Part shown: piece by piece, positions 16,502 through 26,753 of the stretch
Layout of the letters: each line of letters begins with the position of its first letter
Numbering within the stretch: position 1 is the stretch's first letter
Source: Fibrobacterales bacterium
Lineage (GTDB): Bacteria; Fibrobacterota; Fibrobacteria; Fibrobacterales; JAOPTW01
DNA length: 43,935 bases
Assembly (NCBI GenBank): GCA_051532035.1
Contig: JAOPTW010000004.1
Location: 1-43,935 of the forward strand
Direction: 5' to 3'
Translations under genes and position numbers: made by a program
Notes under the pieces: generated by a model
The model's database searches: none
What the model was told of the DNA's origin: nothing
The model's input: the letters and a program-made list of their open reading frames with translations, nothing else

Positions 16502-18160
16502 TTATCGAAATAAAACAGGAATCTTTTTAGTAGAAGCTTCATTAAGAGAAAGGTCAATCAATCCTTTTACCAAAAGAGTATCAGTAAAAGGAAGAAGGGA
16601 GTCGGCAATCATTGCGTTTGTCATAGGGGGTATAGCAATGGTGATATTAAGATTTTTGCTATAGCTTCCATCCCATTCATAGCTCAATTCAAGAGCGGTG
16701 TTTGTCATCATTGATAGGCTCAGGGTAGCTGAAGTATCAACATCGGCTGTTGATCTAAAAGACCGGGTTATGAGCGTATCGGTTGTAATACTATCACTGC
16801 GGTCAAGATATGTGTTATAGAGGCTAAAGCTATAAGACGTATCGAGAGTTGGAGCAATAACATCTTTGAGTATAATAGTTTGTGCATCAGACCATTCAGA
16901 CTGTTTGGTGTCAGTATATCCGATAACCATAAATTCATTAGTAGTGGCATCTTCAAAGCTTAGATTAGCTGAGATGGTTGCCGTGGTATCATGCATGAAA
17001 TTAGGGTAAGATACGAGAGAGAAGTTGCTGTCTACACTGCTTTTTTTATAGATGTCATAGCCATCTACACCAGGGATACTATTCCATGTGAGGGTAATCT
17101 CATCAGTGCCGTAATCTACAAGAGTATCGAGACCATTATACGCCATTAGGCCAATAATGTTACCTGGCGTAGTAAGGTTCTCAACGGTGAAGGTGAGAGA
17201 AGTGTTGAGGGGTCTACCATAAATACTTGAAAGATTAATGCGGAGTGTATAGGCTCCTACTTCGCCCCAGTTGCCTTGTATAGCATAGAGGTACATGGTG
17301 CGGTTGTCTTCTGAGAATGCGTAGTCTGCGGCAATTGTAGAACCACCCGATGTGACAGTAATATGGTTGCGTTTGATTTTATCCAGATCAATAATATCTG
17401 AAAAGTTAACCTTAATAGTATCATTAGTTTTGACATCTGAGTTGTAGCTGTCTACAGACAAACTGTTTGCTTCAATTGAGAGAGTAACAGGGAGTACTTT
17501 CACCGATTCGTCGGGCTTGAGATTGCTTTGAGGTGCCGGGGTTGTGGCGGCATATTTGAACTCGCCAATTTCAAGTGTACGTGTTGATAGCTCATAGGTT
17601 TCTACTCGCTCAGGGAGATTTGAGAATGTATATATTCCGTTTGAATCAGTCTCTGTAGTGTAGTGCTTTTCTCTAAAATCACTCGTTTCTGGAAGTTGTA
17701 AATCAACAGTGACACCATGTGCAAGAGTTTTATTGTCATCAATGTCTGTGATTTTAACTGCGCCAGAAATTGTTGCAGTAAGAGTATGCATATAGTAGGT
17801 TTTGTCGACATCCGGGAGAACGGGGATCTCTGCATCACCCAGTGAATTCAGTCCGTCAATGGTGATCTCCATGGCTGCAAAGCCTGCCTTTTCAAGAGTA
17901 ATGCCGTACGTTCCACGAGGGAGGTCTGCAATAGTCATGCTACCAAGTGAATCGGTGTAGGCAGAGGTTTGTGTGCCATCGATATACCAAGAGACTTTGG
18001 CAGAGTCAATGGGTTCGTTTGTCCCAATTTCTTTGATGATTAGATCAATTGAACCGGTGGTTTTTGATGATTCGTAGCCTTGCATAGCGACTTGTTCGCC
18101 ACAGGCAAGAAAGATAAAAGTGGCAACAATAAGTGCCATGAGTGAAGAAAGCTGTTTCAT
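16502..18160 (-). CDS. Surface lipoprotein with carboxypeptidase-regulatory-like and Ig/Fn3-like domains; paralog of 18232..21114
   Basis: Start at 18160 (AGGAG RBS), lipobox FLAC. Shares ESxKTTGSxDL, DSAKVSW, IADLPRGxY, TDSxGxYTFxN with its neighbour. Confidence 0.75.
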   Translation of the reverse strand: MKQLSSLMALIVATFIFLACGEQVAMQGYESSKTTGSIDLIIKEIGTNEPIDSAKVSWYIDGTQTSAYTDSLGSMTIADLPRGTYGITLEKAGFAAMEITIDGLNSLGDAEIPVLPDVDKTYYMHTLTATISGAVKITDIDDNKTLAHGVTVDLQLPETSDFREKHYTTETDSNGIYTFSNLPERVETYELSTRTLEIGEFKYAATTPAPQSNLKPDESVKVLPVTLSIEANSLSVDSYNSDVKTNDTIKVNFSDIIDLDKIKRNHITVTSGGSTIAADYAFSEDNRTMYLYAIQGNWGEVGAYTLRINLSSIYGRPLNTSLTFTVENLTTPGNIIGLMAYNGLDTLVDYGTDEITLTWNSIPGVDGYDIYKKSSVDSNFSLVSYPNFMHDTTATISANLSFEDATTNEFMVIGYTDTKQSEWSDAQTIILKDVIAPTLDTSYSFSLYNTYLDRSDSITTDTLITRSFRSTADVDTSATLSLSMMTNTALELSYEWDGSYSKNLNITIAIPPMTNAMIADSLLPFTDTLLVKGLIDLSLNEASTKKIPVLFR

Positions 18161-18231
18161 GTGAGCTCCTGTAAATGTGTTGTTAAAATTCTTGTTATTA
18201 GTTGTATAAATCATATTCAATCTCCTTGATC

Positions 18232-21114
18232 CTATGGTAAAATTGATACTGGGTGAATGATTGAATCTGCAACGTTTCCTGCATGGTCAGTGAGACCTTT
18301 TATTATCAATGTATCTTCTGTAATTGCACTTGCATCAACATCAGCTGCGATATAAAAATTAAGAAGGGAACGCGTTGTTGTATAAGATGTAAGGGTTGCA
18401 GAAAAGAGGCCTGATTTTAAATAAGCTGTGACTTTGGTAATATCGAGGTCAGAAGTGTGATCAATGTATTGATAATCTACTCTTGTTGATACGTTACCTA
18501 AATTGTCTATTTGAGCATCTTCAATATATGATTGTATCGTAGTGGTTATTGCTGGATCAATAGTGTCTTTTAAAAGGAGCGCAACTGCTCTATCGAGAGA
18601 CGATTCTTGTCCACTGTAAGTTGCTGTAACTTTGACTTCGGTAGTGTTTTGATTTGTAAAGTCATAGCATGTACTTGGCATGTTAAAATAACTATAACTA
18701 CTCGAGACGTAACTGCATCGGGTAAAAGTGCCGGATGGGCTTTCTTTTGTATATATGTTGTACTGACTTACTCCTGAAATTCTATCCCAATTTATTCTTA
18801 CACTTGATACATTTGCTGCAATTGATGTAGTGGTCCATATGGAATCAAGATCTACCCCAGTAAAACTCACCGGTATGACGTGTGAATTAGTTGAAATGTT
18901 GCCAGAAGCATCAGTGAGTCCAGCCAGTGAAATAACATCGCTGTCGATAGAAGAGGCGTCTTGACCTGCCTTGATACTTACTGATACGCGAAGTCTATAA
19001 GCACTGTACCATTCTACTGAGGTACCTAATATTGTTGGGTTATTTGTTACTACGACGGTTGGAGCTATTGTTGTGTCGATATCATTAGAAACATTTAAAA
19101 GAACAGAACCAACGATAGTGTCGCTAGAGGATTCGTTGAGTAGGCTTCCAACTACTGGTAAAGTACTGCTTGTAGTCGTTACTTGCGGCGCAACCGTATC
19201 CCTCAAAACTAATTCAGGAGCATTATCCAGCCCAGAAAGTTGATTGTCAAGTTTACTTAATACTTTAAATGAGTATGAACCACCATTGCTGAAATCGAGT
19301 GAATAATTGTAATAGTTATATGAAGGACGGTTCTGAGTGCCGTAGCGTGTATAGACTGAATCAAGGGGTGCCTTAACCCAGAACTCATAGCCATCTACAA
19401 CAGGAACTTCACTCCACTCGAGTCGTACTGTTTCATCGTGGTCAATTACCTGTCCTGCATAAGTGTACAGTGTATCAACACTAATGTCATTAAACTCAAT
19501 TTTTTTAATCTGAAGTTCAGTAAGTGCATTGCCTGCTAAGTCAGTAAGGCCAAGGAGCGTCAATGTATCTTCTCTGAGGGATGATGCGTCTTTACCCGCA
19601 GGGATATCAAGAGATACGATAAGGTATTTGCTACTCGACCATTCAAAAGATGGAGTAAGAAGTTCACCATTTTTCAAGATGTTGAGAGTTGGAGCCTTCG
19701 TTGTGTCGACATCGCCAGAGACATAAATACTTTGGGTCAAAACATTTTTTGCACTATCTGCAGTGCTGTTGTTGAGGTCGGTATAAATCACAAGAGGTGT
19801 TGTGTCGAGCGTAGGTGATGTAACATCATAGACATCAATAATGGGGGCCTCTACGAATTTTGATGTACCGTTTGAGGTGTAGCTCACAATCATAAAGTGG
19901 TTTGACTTACCTGCACTTAAGTCGAGTGATACAGAGGCTATTGTGTCGAGTTCTCCACTAATGGTGTTGGCTAGAGTAAAAAGACTATCATGGCTGGTTC
20001 TGGTATAAATTTCATAACCTGCAGCATTGGGTACATGGTCCCAGGTTGCTTGGAGGTAGCGAGTATCGTAATCGACTGAGTCTATGAGCGTATCAGGTGT
20101 GAAGCCCGTAATTGTTGCTGGTTGAGCAACATCCGCAACGGTAAACATAAGTGATGAGTTGATTTTTCCACCGTCAATACTTTCAAGAGAAATCCGGAGC
20201 GTGTAGTTGCCAGTTTCTCCCCAATTTCCAAGTGTTGGAGTAAGAATGAGTTTACGCGTTCCATTGGTGAAGAATGCGTTTACTGCAATAGTTGCACTGC
20301 TCCGCGTAACAGATATATCGCCTCTATTTATACGAGTTGTGTCGATGTCTTGTGAAAAAACAATCAAAACAGAGTCGTTCGAGTGTATCTCATTAGGGGC
20401 TTTGTCGACTGTTACGTTGGGAATAGCGATGGGCAACACTGCTGGTGGTATTGCAATTGCCTCCGCAGACTTTAAATTTTGTTGATACGGGAGGGTCAAA
20501 GAAGCATATTCAATTGCCTCTTTTTCAAAGTTGCGAGTAGTGAGGTTGTATTGTGCGATACCTTCGGGTATGTTATTAAAGGTATAGACGCCCAGTGAGT
20601 CTGTTATTGCCTCAAAATGAGTTGTTACAATACCAGGAGTACCGGTAAGCTCTAAATCAACAGTAATTCCAGGGGTTGGTGTTTTGTTTTTTTCGGAGTC
20701 TTCCATCTTGAGGATGCCACTGATCGATGCGCTGTTTTTGTGCATCAAGATAGTCTCATCATAGTCGCCGAGAATGGGCATTCTATTTGAGCCGGTTGAA
20801 GTGAGGTCAATACTGTCGAGGTACATGGCGGCGTAACCCGTTTTTTCGATGCTGACCGCATAGATTCCTCGAGGGAGGTCTGCAATAGAAACATGGCCAA
20901 TAGAATCAGTCCATGCGTTATAGGATATGTCGTCAACAACCCAAGATACTTTGGCTGAGTCTAAACTGGTGCGTGTAGTGAAATCTTTTAGGGTAAGATC
21001 CACTGAACCCGTTGTTTTCGATTCAGTAAACTCCTGCGAAATTGTAGAGTCGGTACAAGAGAGAGTCCCGGCAATAAAACAAAGAAGCAAGAGCATCAGC
21101 GAGATAATTCTCAT
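18232..21114 (-). CDS. Large surface lipoprotein with carboxypeptidase-regulatory-like domains and three Fn3/Ig-like repeats
   Basis: AAGGAG RBS, lipobox TLSC. Three modules ending GLTDLAGN, GLTDASGN, GLTDHAGN. Confidence 0.75.
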   Translation of the reverse strand: MRIISLMLLLLCFIAGTLSCTDSTISQEFTESKTTGSVDLTLKDFTTRTSLDSAKVSWVVDDISYNAWTDSIGHVSIADLPRGIYAVSIEKTGYAAMYLDSIDLTSTGSNRMPILGDYDETILMHKNSASISGILKMEDSEKNKTPTPGITVDLELTGTPGIVTTHFEAITDSLGVYTFNNIPEGIAQYNLTTRNFEKEAIEYASLTLPYQQNLKSAEAIAIPPAVLPIAIPNVTVDKAPNEIHSNDSVLIVFSQDIDTTRINRGDISVTRSSATIAVNAFFTNGTRKLILTPTLGNWGETGNYTLRISLESIDGGKINSSLMFTVADVAQPATITGFTPDTLIDSVDYDTRYLQATWDHVPNAAGYEIYTRTSHDSLFTLANTISGELDTIASVSLDLSAGKSNHFMIVSYTSNGTSKFVEAPIIDVYDVTSPTLDTTPLVIYTDLNNSTADSAKNVLTQSIYVSGDVDTTKAPTLNILKNGELLTPSFEWSSSKYLIVSLDIPAGKDASSLREDTLTLLGLTDLAGNALTELQIKKIEFNDISVDTLYTYAGQVIDHDETVRLEWSEVPVVDGYEFWVKAPLDSVYTRYGTQNRPSYNYYNYSLDFSNGGSYSFKVLSKLDNQLSGLDNAPELVLRDTVAPQVTTTSSTLPVVGSLLNESSSDTIVGSVLLNVSNDIDTTIAPTVVVTNNPTILGTSVEWYSAYRLRVSVSIKAGQDASSIDSDVISLAGLTDASGNISTNSHVIPVSFTGVDLDSIWTTTSIAANVSSVRINWDRISGVSQYNIYTKESPSGTFTRCSYVSSSYSYFNMPSTCYDFTNQNTTEVKVTATYSGQESSLDRAVALLLKDTIDPAITTTIQSYIEDAQIDNLGNVSTRVDYQYIDHTSDLDITKVTAYLKSGLFSATLTSYTTTRSLLNFYIAADVDASAITEDTLIIKGLTDHAGNVADSIIHPVSILP

Positions 21115-21319
21115 AGGTACTCCTTTTTTAAACGTTGATTAGCTATTAAACAGCAAAACTTTAAGTGGTTTTTGTGTTGGGGGGTAAGAATGCAATGTAT
21201 GTATTGTTTATAAATAACAAGCCCCTCCCCTTTAGTCAAAGGTAGTAACTTGGTGGCTAATCTCAATAAAATGGGGAGTTGTAACCCGACAATTTGCATT
21301 ACTAAAAGTAAGAGGAGTG

Positions 21320-21349
21320 CAAAAACTACCTGAATTCAGGTAGTTTTTG
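21320..21349. terminator. Intrinsic terminator downstream of priA (perfect 30-bp palindrome)
   Basis: CAAAAACTACCTGAA-TTCAGGTAGTTTTTG, with T-tracts on both strands. Confidence 0.85.
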
Positions 21350-21369
21350 GGTCGACAGGGGGTTAAGTG

Positions 21370-23433
21370 TTACAACGTATTTTGAGGATCTATATCAACC
21401 TTCACAGAAACACTTCTCTGTGCAGCAATATTACTTTGGGTAATCGCCGAAGTGATAAGCCAGCGCAGCTGATTGAGGGCTGGTGCTTTAATCAAAATTT
21501 TCAAACGGTACTGACGTTTTACTACAGCAACAGACGCTTCTACAGGTCCAAGTACTTGCGCTTTAATTTGAGTGGCGCCGGCTTTGAGGAGTGAGCAAAG
21601 TTTGTTCGCTGCATCGCGAACTTCTTTCGCCTGTTTTCCCGTAATTTCTATGCCTGCAATCTTCGAGAAAGGAGGATAGTTAAGTCCACCTCTTTCACTG
21701 AGTTCTGAGGAGGCGAATTGAACGTAGTCTTGAGAAATGGCGTACTGTATAACGCGGTCATCGGGATTGTAGGTTTGCAGAATGACTCGTCCTGCACCAG
21801 AAGATCGTCCCGCTCTTCCCGATACCTGGGTGATGAGTTGAAACATGCGCTCGCTGGTTCTAAAGTCGGGTATGTTGAGCCCAGAATCGGCAGAGAGAAT
21901 TGCCACCATCTCCACATTGGGGAAGTCATGCCCTTTGGCTACCATCTGGGTTCCAAGGAGAATGTTGTATTCGCCGGCACGGAAACTGTTCAATATTTTT
22001 TCACTCGCGCCTTTGCGCGCTGTGGTATCTCGATCCATGCGAATTATTTTGGCCTCGGGTACCCAGCTCGCGATTTCTTCTTCAGCCTTTTCGATAGCAG
22101 AACCGGCATAGATAAACTCCGTATTGCCACAAGCACAGGGAGTTTGAGTAGGATAGCACCGACTACAGTAATGACAGAGCATGGTGTTGGTTTTTTTGTG
22201 ATATATTAACGGTATGTCGCAATCTTGACAGCTATGGGTTGTGCCGCATTCACTACAGAGCCTTGACGTGTGGTATCCCCGCCTGTTATGGAGGATAATC
22301 ACTTGTTCGCCTTTGGCGATGGAATCAACAAGCGCTTCTCTTAACGGTATAGAAAGTACTTTGTCACCTTGGAGGTAGCGCTGTTTTTTCATGTCAACGA
22401 TGGTGACTTTAGGGAGTTCTTGCTTATGGACGCGTTGATTAATTTCAAAGAGGGAGTAGTGCCCTTTGCTGGCATTGTGGTAACTTTCAAGAGCAGGAGT
22501 CGCTGAGCCGAGAATAACAGGGAATTGCTCGTTGTGGGCGCGGTAGAGGACGATGTCTCGGGCATGGTACCGAGGTGATGGATCCTGTTGCTTAAATGAT
22601 CCGTCGTGTTCTTCATCTATAATAATAAGGCCAATATTGGTGAGTGGGGTTAGGGTCGCTGATCGAGTCCCCATGACAATACGCGATTCTCCTCTTAATA
22701 TACGGAGCCAGCTCTCTCGTTTCTGCTTGTCACCAAGGTTTGAGTGGATGAGGTCTATAGGCTCGGAGAAAAACTCAGAGAACACTCGAAACGTTTGTGG
22801 GGTCAGTGATATTTCTGGTACGAGTATCAGTATATTTTTGCCTAAATTGAGCACTTTTTGGGCAAGTTCCATATATACTCGACTCTTTCCGCTTCCCGTC
22901 ACCCCTTTTATGAGATTGCAACTATATTCCTGTTTCTGAACAATAGCTCCAAGGCGCTCAACAACGCTCTGTTGTTCTGTGGTGAGCGGGGGGAGTTGTA
23001 GTTTTTCGGTGGTAAGATCGAGGGTTCCATCCGAAAGAGTAGAATCGGGGCTGTTCTGGAGGCTCATTTTGTTGAGGTACTTATCAATTGCTGCAGGCCA
23101 AAATACTTGGAGTGTTTTATTGATAGAGGTAAGATTATTCAGGGCGGTTTTTTCAAGGAGCTCCATATACTCAGAAGGAAATATGTAGTGACTCGAGTGG
23201 GCGGTGCACTCTTTTACCTCAAAATTTGGAGTGTGAGTGTGAATTGAGAGGAGTACTCCAAGTTTGGTGCTATTTCTGAGCTCAATATGGACTACGCTTC
23301 CCCGAGAAAGTTTGGGGAAGTCTTTGTCTGAAATTCCATAGGTAAGGGCTTCTGGTAAGCCTCCGGGGATGGCGATTTCGGCAAAATGGGAAAAGAGTGG
23401 TGTGGTCACTGGATTGATGGGCTCAGATTTCAT
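21370..23433 (-). CDS. priA: Primosomal protein N' (replication restart helicase)
   Basis: GVTGSGKS, LVPEISLTPQ, DEEHD, RYHARD, Cys-rich Zn region, GTQMVAKGHDFP, QVSGRAGR, C-terminal DIDP. Start is 23433 or 23460. Confidence 0.97.
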   Translation of the reverse strand: MKSEPINPVTTPLFSHFAEIAIPGGLPEALTYGISDKDFPKLSRGSVVHIELRNSTKLGVLLSIHTHTPNFEVKECTAHSSHYIFPSEYMELLEKTALNNLTSINKTLQVFWPAAIDKYLNKMSLQNSPDSTLSDGTLDLTTEKLQLPPLTTEQQSVVERLGAIVQKQEYSCNLIKGVTGSGKSRVYMELAQKVLNLGKNILILVPEISLTPQTFRVFSEFFSEPIDLIHSNLGDKQKRESWLRILRGESRIVMGTRSATLTPLTNIGLIIIDEEHDGSFKQQDPSPRYHARDIVLYRAHNEQFPVILGSATPALESYHNASKGHYSLFEINQRVHKQELPKVTIVDMKKQRYLQGDKVLSIPLREALVDSIAKGEQVIILHNRRGYHTSRLCSECGTTHSCQDCDIPLIYHKKTNTMLCHYCSRCYPTQTPCACGNTEFIYAGSAIEKAEEEIASWVPEAKIIRMDRDTTARKGASEKILNSFRAGEYNILLGTQMVAKGHDFPNVEMVAILSADSGLNIPDFRTSERMFQLITQVSGRAGRSSGAGRVILQTYNPDDRVIQYAISQDYVQFASSELSERGGLNYPPFSKIAGIEITGKQAKEVRDAANKLCSLLKAGATQIKAQVLGPVEASVAVVKRQYRLKILIKAPALNQLRWLITSAITQSNIAAQRSVSVKVDIDPQNTL

Positions 23434-23700
23434 GGTGATTTCTAAAGTTAGAAAAATCATCCTATTAATAATATTTATAACCGCTTTTCAGTTATTTTTT
23501 TTAGATATTTGAAAGGTGCCATTGATATGAGTTTTTTGCCAGGAGAATGTTCAGGTGCCGGAGCGTCACAACAAAAAAGATGTAAGCATGATTTGCTTCT
23601 TTTTATTGTGAAAGATATCTGCTTTTCTGAATATTCCCCATGTACATTCTTATGATCAATAGCACACAATAGATGAACCTGAACTTCCTGGAGATATATT

Positions 23701-26580
23701 ATGGGTATTTTTGATTTAGTAAAACCAAAGTGGCAACACAGCGATCCAAACGTTAGAATTAGAGAGATTAAAAACCTTGGAGAGAGCAATCAACCGATTA
23801 TTGATTCGATTGCACAACGTGATAAAAATGCAGACGTACGCCGCATTGCAATAAAAAAAGTAAATAGCTTGGATGTGCTTATTGCAATATCCCAATGCGA
23901 TGCTGAAAGTGATCTTCGCCAAATTGCGAAACAACGATTTTCTGAAAGCATAAATAAAGACCTTAAGAAAGAGAGTATTGATGTCGCTGCTCTTGAACTA
24001 TTCAGTAAACTTGAAGATGTTAAATATATAGAAGACGCACTACAAAATGCCGCAAGTGATGCAGTACGCCTTGCTGCGGTTGCCAAAGTTGAAAAAGAGA
24101 CCGTACTTGCCAAAGTGGCAAAGGAAGATACTGTCGAGGCAGTTGCAATAGCTGCCGCAGAGAAGGTTGCCCGTGTCAATTTATTAGAAGAGATTCAAAA
24201 ATATTCTCGTCATTCTAAAGTACGAAGCATTGTTTCTAAAAAAATATCGCAAATTGAATCAAAAGATAAAGCGAATACTCACAATAAATTTGAGTCAAGA
24301 AAACGTGATGTTCTCCTTAAAACACTCAGTGACATCGCTGGTTCTGCAAATATCCATGATCGCCTTGCAGAAGTCGAGAGTATGTATGCCGAAGGAAAAA
24401 AGTTAATAACTGAAACAACTCAAGAGTTTACTAGTAAATTAGAAAAGAGTGTTTCAGGCATTAAACAGAAAATTTCTGATGCCGAAGCGACAATCAAAGC
24501 GAAGCAAGAAGAAAAACAGAGAAATGCAGTAGTCGCAGAAGAGTGTAAGGCAGAATGTGAAGCTCTTGAAGAGTTGCTTAATCTCGGGACTGATGCTATC
24601 ACCAGTGATAAATTAGATTCTCAAAAGAGTGCCTGGAATAGTTTGGGTGAAAAATACAGCGAAACGGCAGTGTATGCTGAATACACAACTCGTTTTAATA
24701 AGACTCTTGAGCGTATTGATAATATGGTTCAAGAAGTCGTAGCAGAAAAACTGGGTGCTGAGAAAAAATTAGAGCGTCGTAACGATCTTATTGCACAGCT
24801 GGGACTCTTAAAAGAGGCCGTAGGTTCAAAGACCTTTCACAAGCAGATTCAATCTATAGATAGTAGATGGAAAGCACTTGGTGAAGCCGCTGATGCAGAG
24901 AAAGATCTTGATAATCAGTATCAATCTCTGAGAAAAGAATTAGAGGCTGAGTCTGATAAAAGTTACGAGGCGCACCGCGAAGTAGTTAAAGAGAGACTTT
25001 CAAAACTTGAAGGGATTTGTGCTGATGTTGAAGCTCTTGATGAAGATGGTGATTTTACAAAAATCATACAGACCCTTCGTGAAAAGCAGAATGTCTGGAA
25101 AGAGATTGTTGGTGATGATAAATCACAATTTCAAAAGATCTACACTCGATTTCAACAAGCCCTTGCTCGCTTTAACGAGATGCGTGAGTGGGAGTTGTGG
25201 CATAATGAAAAAGAGAAAAATAAACTCATCGAAGAGGCTCAAGTATTAGGTACGATTGAAGATGATAGAGAACTCTTTAAAGCAATTAATAGTTTGAAAC
25301 AGAAATGGCGTGCTATTGGTCACGTACCTGCTTCACTGGTCGAAGAGATCTGGCAGCGTTTTAATGGGGCTCTTGAACCGCACATGGAGCGATGCACTGA
25401 GTATTTGAAACAACAAGAAGCTGAATTTGAAGAGAACTTTAAAATTAAGCAACGTATTGTTGAGTCGATAAAGAATGCTGTTGCAACGGTTGAAAACTGG
25501 AAAGAACAGTCTGATGTCGTTAAAAAGTTGCAAGAAGAATGGAAAAATACTGGCTTTGTTGCAAAAGATAAAGTTAAAGAGCTGCAAGAGCTCTACCGCA
25601 AGACATGTGATACTTTTTATGAGAAAAAACGTGAGTTTTTGAAGTCTGAAGATGATCGAAGACTATTGAATCTTGACCAAAAAGTTGCACTGTGCGAAGA
25701 TGCTGAGGCAATTCAAGATTCTGACCAATGGAAAGAAACAACTGAAAAACTCAAAGCGCTTCAAACAGAGTGGAAAAATATTGGGCCGGTTCCTAAAGAA
25801 CACTCTGATCCAATCTGGGCTCGGTTTAGAAAAGCGTGTGATGGCTTTTTTGAGAACAAACGAACCCACTACGAGAAGATTGAAGAGGGTCGTGTAGGGA
25901 ATTTAGAGAAGAAAGTTGCACTGTGTGAGCGTCTCGAAAATGAAAACCTCGACCCTTCAAGTGAGCAAGATAGAGATTCATTTGAAGCGATTCGTAAAGA
26001 GTGGGAAACCATAGGTCATGTTCCTAAAGATGATTCAGATGCGGTATTCGAAAGATTTATCAAGAATTGTGATGAATACCTTGAACGTCAAATGGAAGTC
26101 GATCCAGAGGTGAAAGCTGAGGTAGAGACGAAAAAGGTACGAAAACGTGCTCTAATCAATAAAGCTCAAGAGTTATCTGAGTCTTCTGACTGGAAAGAAA
26201 CTTCTGAAAAGTTGAAAGAACTTCAGACAGACTGGCGCAAAATAGGTCGGGTTGGTACTGAAGACCCCGAGCTTTGGAAAGAGTTTAGAGTGCACTGTGA
26301 TGAGTTTTTTACTCGCAAACGTGAGACGTATGAAATTCTTCAGCAAAACCGAATCAATAATCTTGAAGGTAAATTGACGCTCTGTGAACAGGCTGAACGT
26401 CTTGCCGGACGTGAATACGATGAAGAAGTTGTTCGTGAAGCAAAACTCCTTCGTGATCGTTGGAAAGAGATTGGTGCAGTCCCTCGTAAAGATTCTGATA
26501 AGATTTGGAAACGATTCAATGCTGCATGTGATAAAGTTTTTGAGAAGAGAAAACAAGCTCGAGAAACCGAAGAAGCGTGA
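23701..26580 (+). CDS. DUF349 repeat-containing helical protein
   Basis: N-terminal PKWQHSDPNVR and repeated WKxIGxVP...IWxRF...CDxFF units. Confidence 0.88.
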   Translation: MGIFDLVKPKWQHSDPNVRIREIKNLGESNQPIIDSIAQRDKNADVRRIAIKKVNSLDVLIAISQCDAESDLRQIAKQRFSESINKDLKKESIDVAALELFSKLEDVKYIEDALQNAASDAVRLAAVAKVEKETVLAKVAKEDTVEAVAIAAAEKVARVNLLEEIQKYSRHSKVRSIVSKKISQIESKDKANTHNKFESRKRDVLLKTLSDIAGSANIHDRLAEVESMYAEGKKLITETTQEFTSKLEKSVSGIKQKISDAEATIKAKQEEKQRNAVVAEECKAECEALEELLNLGTDAITSDKLDSQKSAWNSLGEKYSETAVYAEYTTRFNKTLERIDNMVQEVVAEKLGAEKKLERRNDLIAQLGLLKEAVGSKTFHKQIQSIDSRWKALGEAADAEKDLDNQYQSLRKELEAESDKSYEAHREVVKERLSKLEGICADVEALDEDGDFTKIIQTLREKQNVWKEIVGDDKSQFQKIYTRFQQALARFNEMREWELWHNEKEKNKLIEEAQVLGTIEDDRELFKAINSLKQKWRAIGHVPASLVEEIWQRFNGALEPHMERCTEYLKQQEAEFEENFKIKQRIVESIKNAVATVENWKEQSDVVKKLQEEWKNTGFVAKDKVKELQELYRKTCDTFYEKKREFLKSEDDRRLLNLDQKVALCEDAEAIQDSDQWKETTEKLKALQTEWKNIGPVPKEHSDPIWARFRKACDGFFENKRTHYEKIEEGRVGNLEKKVALCERLENENLDPSSEQDRDSFEAIRKEWETIGHVPKDDSDAVFERFIKNCDEYLERQMEVDPEVKAEVETKKVRKRALINKAQELSESSDWKETSEKLKELQTDWRKIGRVGTEDPELWKEFRVHCDEFFTRKRETYEILQQNRINNLEGKLTLCEQAERLAGREYDEEVVREAKLLRDRWKEIGAVPRKDSDKIWKRFNAACDKVFEKRKQARETEEA

Positions 26581-26614
26581 TGCTCATCACATAATCTTAA
26601 TGTAACCTTTTTTT

Positions 26615-26648
26615 AACGGCTATTGGAATTACCCAATAGCCGTTTTTT
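26615..26648 (+). terminator. Intrinsic terminator after the DUF349 gene
   Basis: AACGGCTATTGG-AATTAC-CCAATAGCCGTT followed by TTTT. Confidence 0.88.
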
Positions 26649-26753
26649 ATTATCTTGTCCTCACTTAATCTTTTAAGAATATTGGGTATCATTTTTACGA
26701 TTTTATTCGTTTAACTTCGTAGATTGTGGCTCTAAAGTGATATCAAAGGTGAT

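Noticed and set aside
22125..22260. Last PriA zinc knuckle reads CAC rather than CxxC
   Set aside because: All eight cysteines are present, so this is a minor spacing variant and not evidence of inactivation.
21718..22939. Several long plus-strand ORFs (e.g. 163 aa, 128 aa)
   Set aside because: Antisense shadows of priA with no recognisable motifs.
23511..23580. AGGTGCC...GGAGAA...GGTG resembling a cobalamin or glycine riboswitch start, or a sigma54 TGGCAC box
   Set aside because: Lacks the CCCGCAACTGT and B12-box elements and the glycine core. The TGGCAC has no GC at -12.
23475..23789. 104-aa minus-strand ORF upstream of priA
   Set aside because: Overlaps the DUF349 start antisense and the divergent promoter region, and has no motif.
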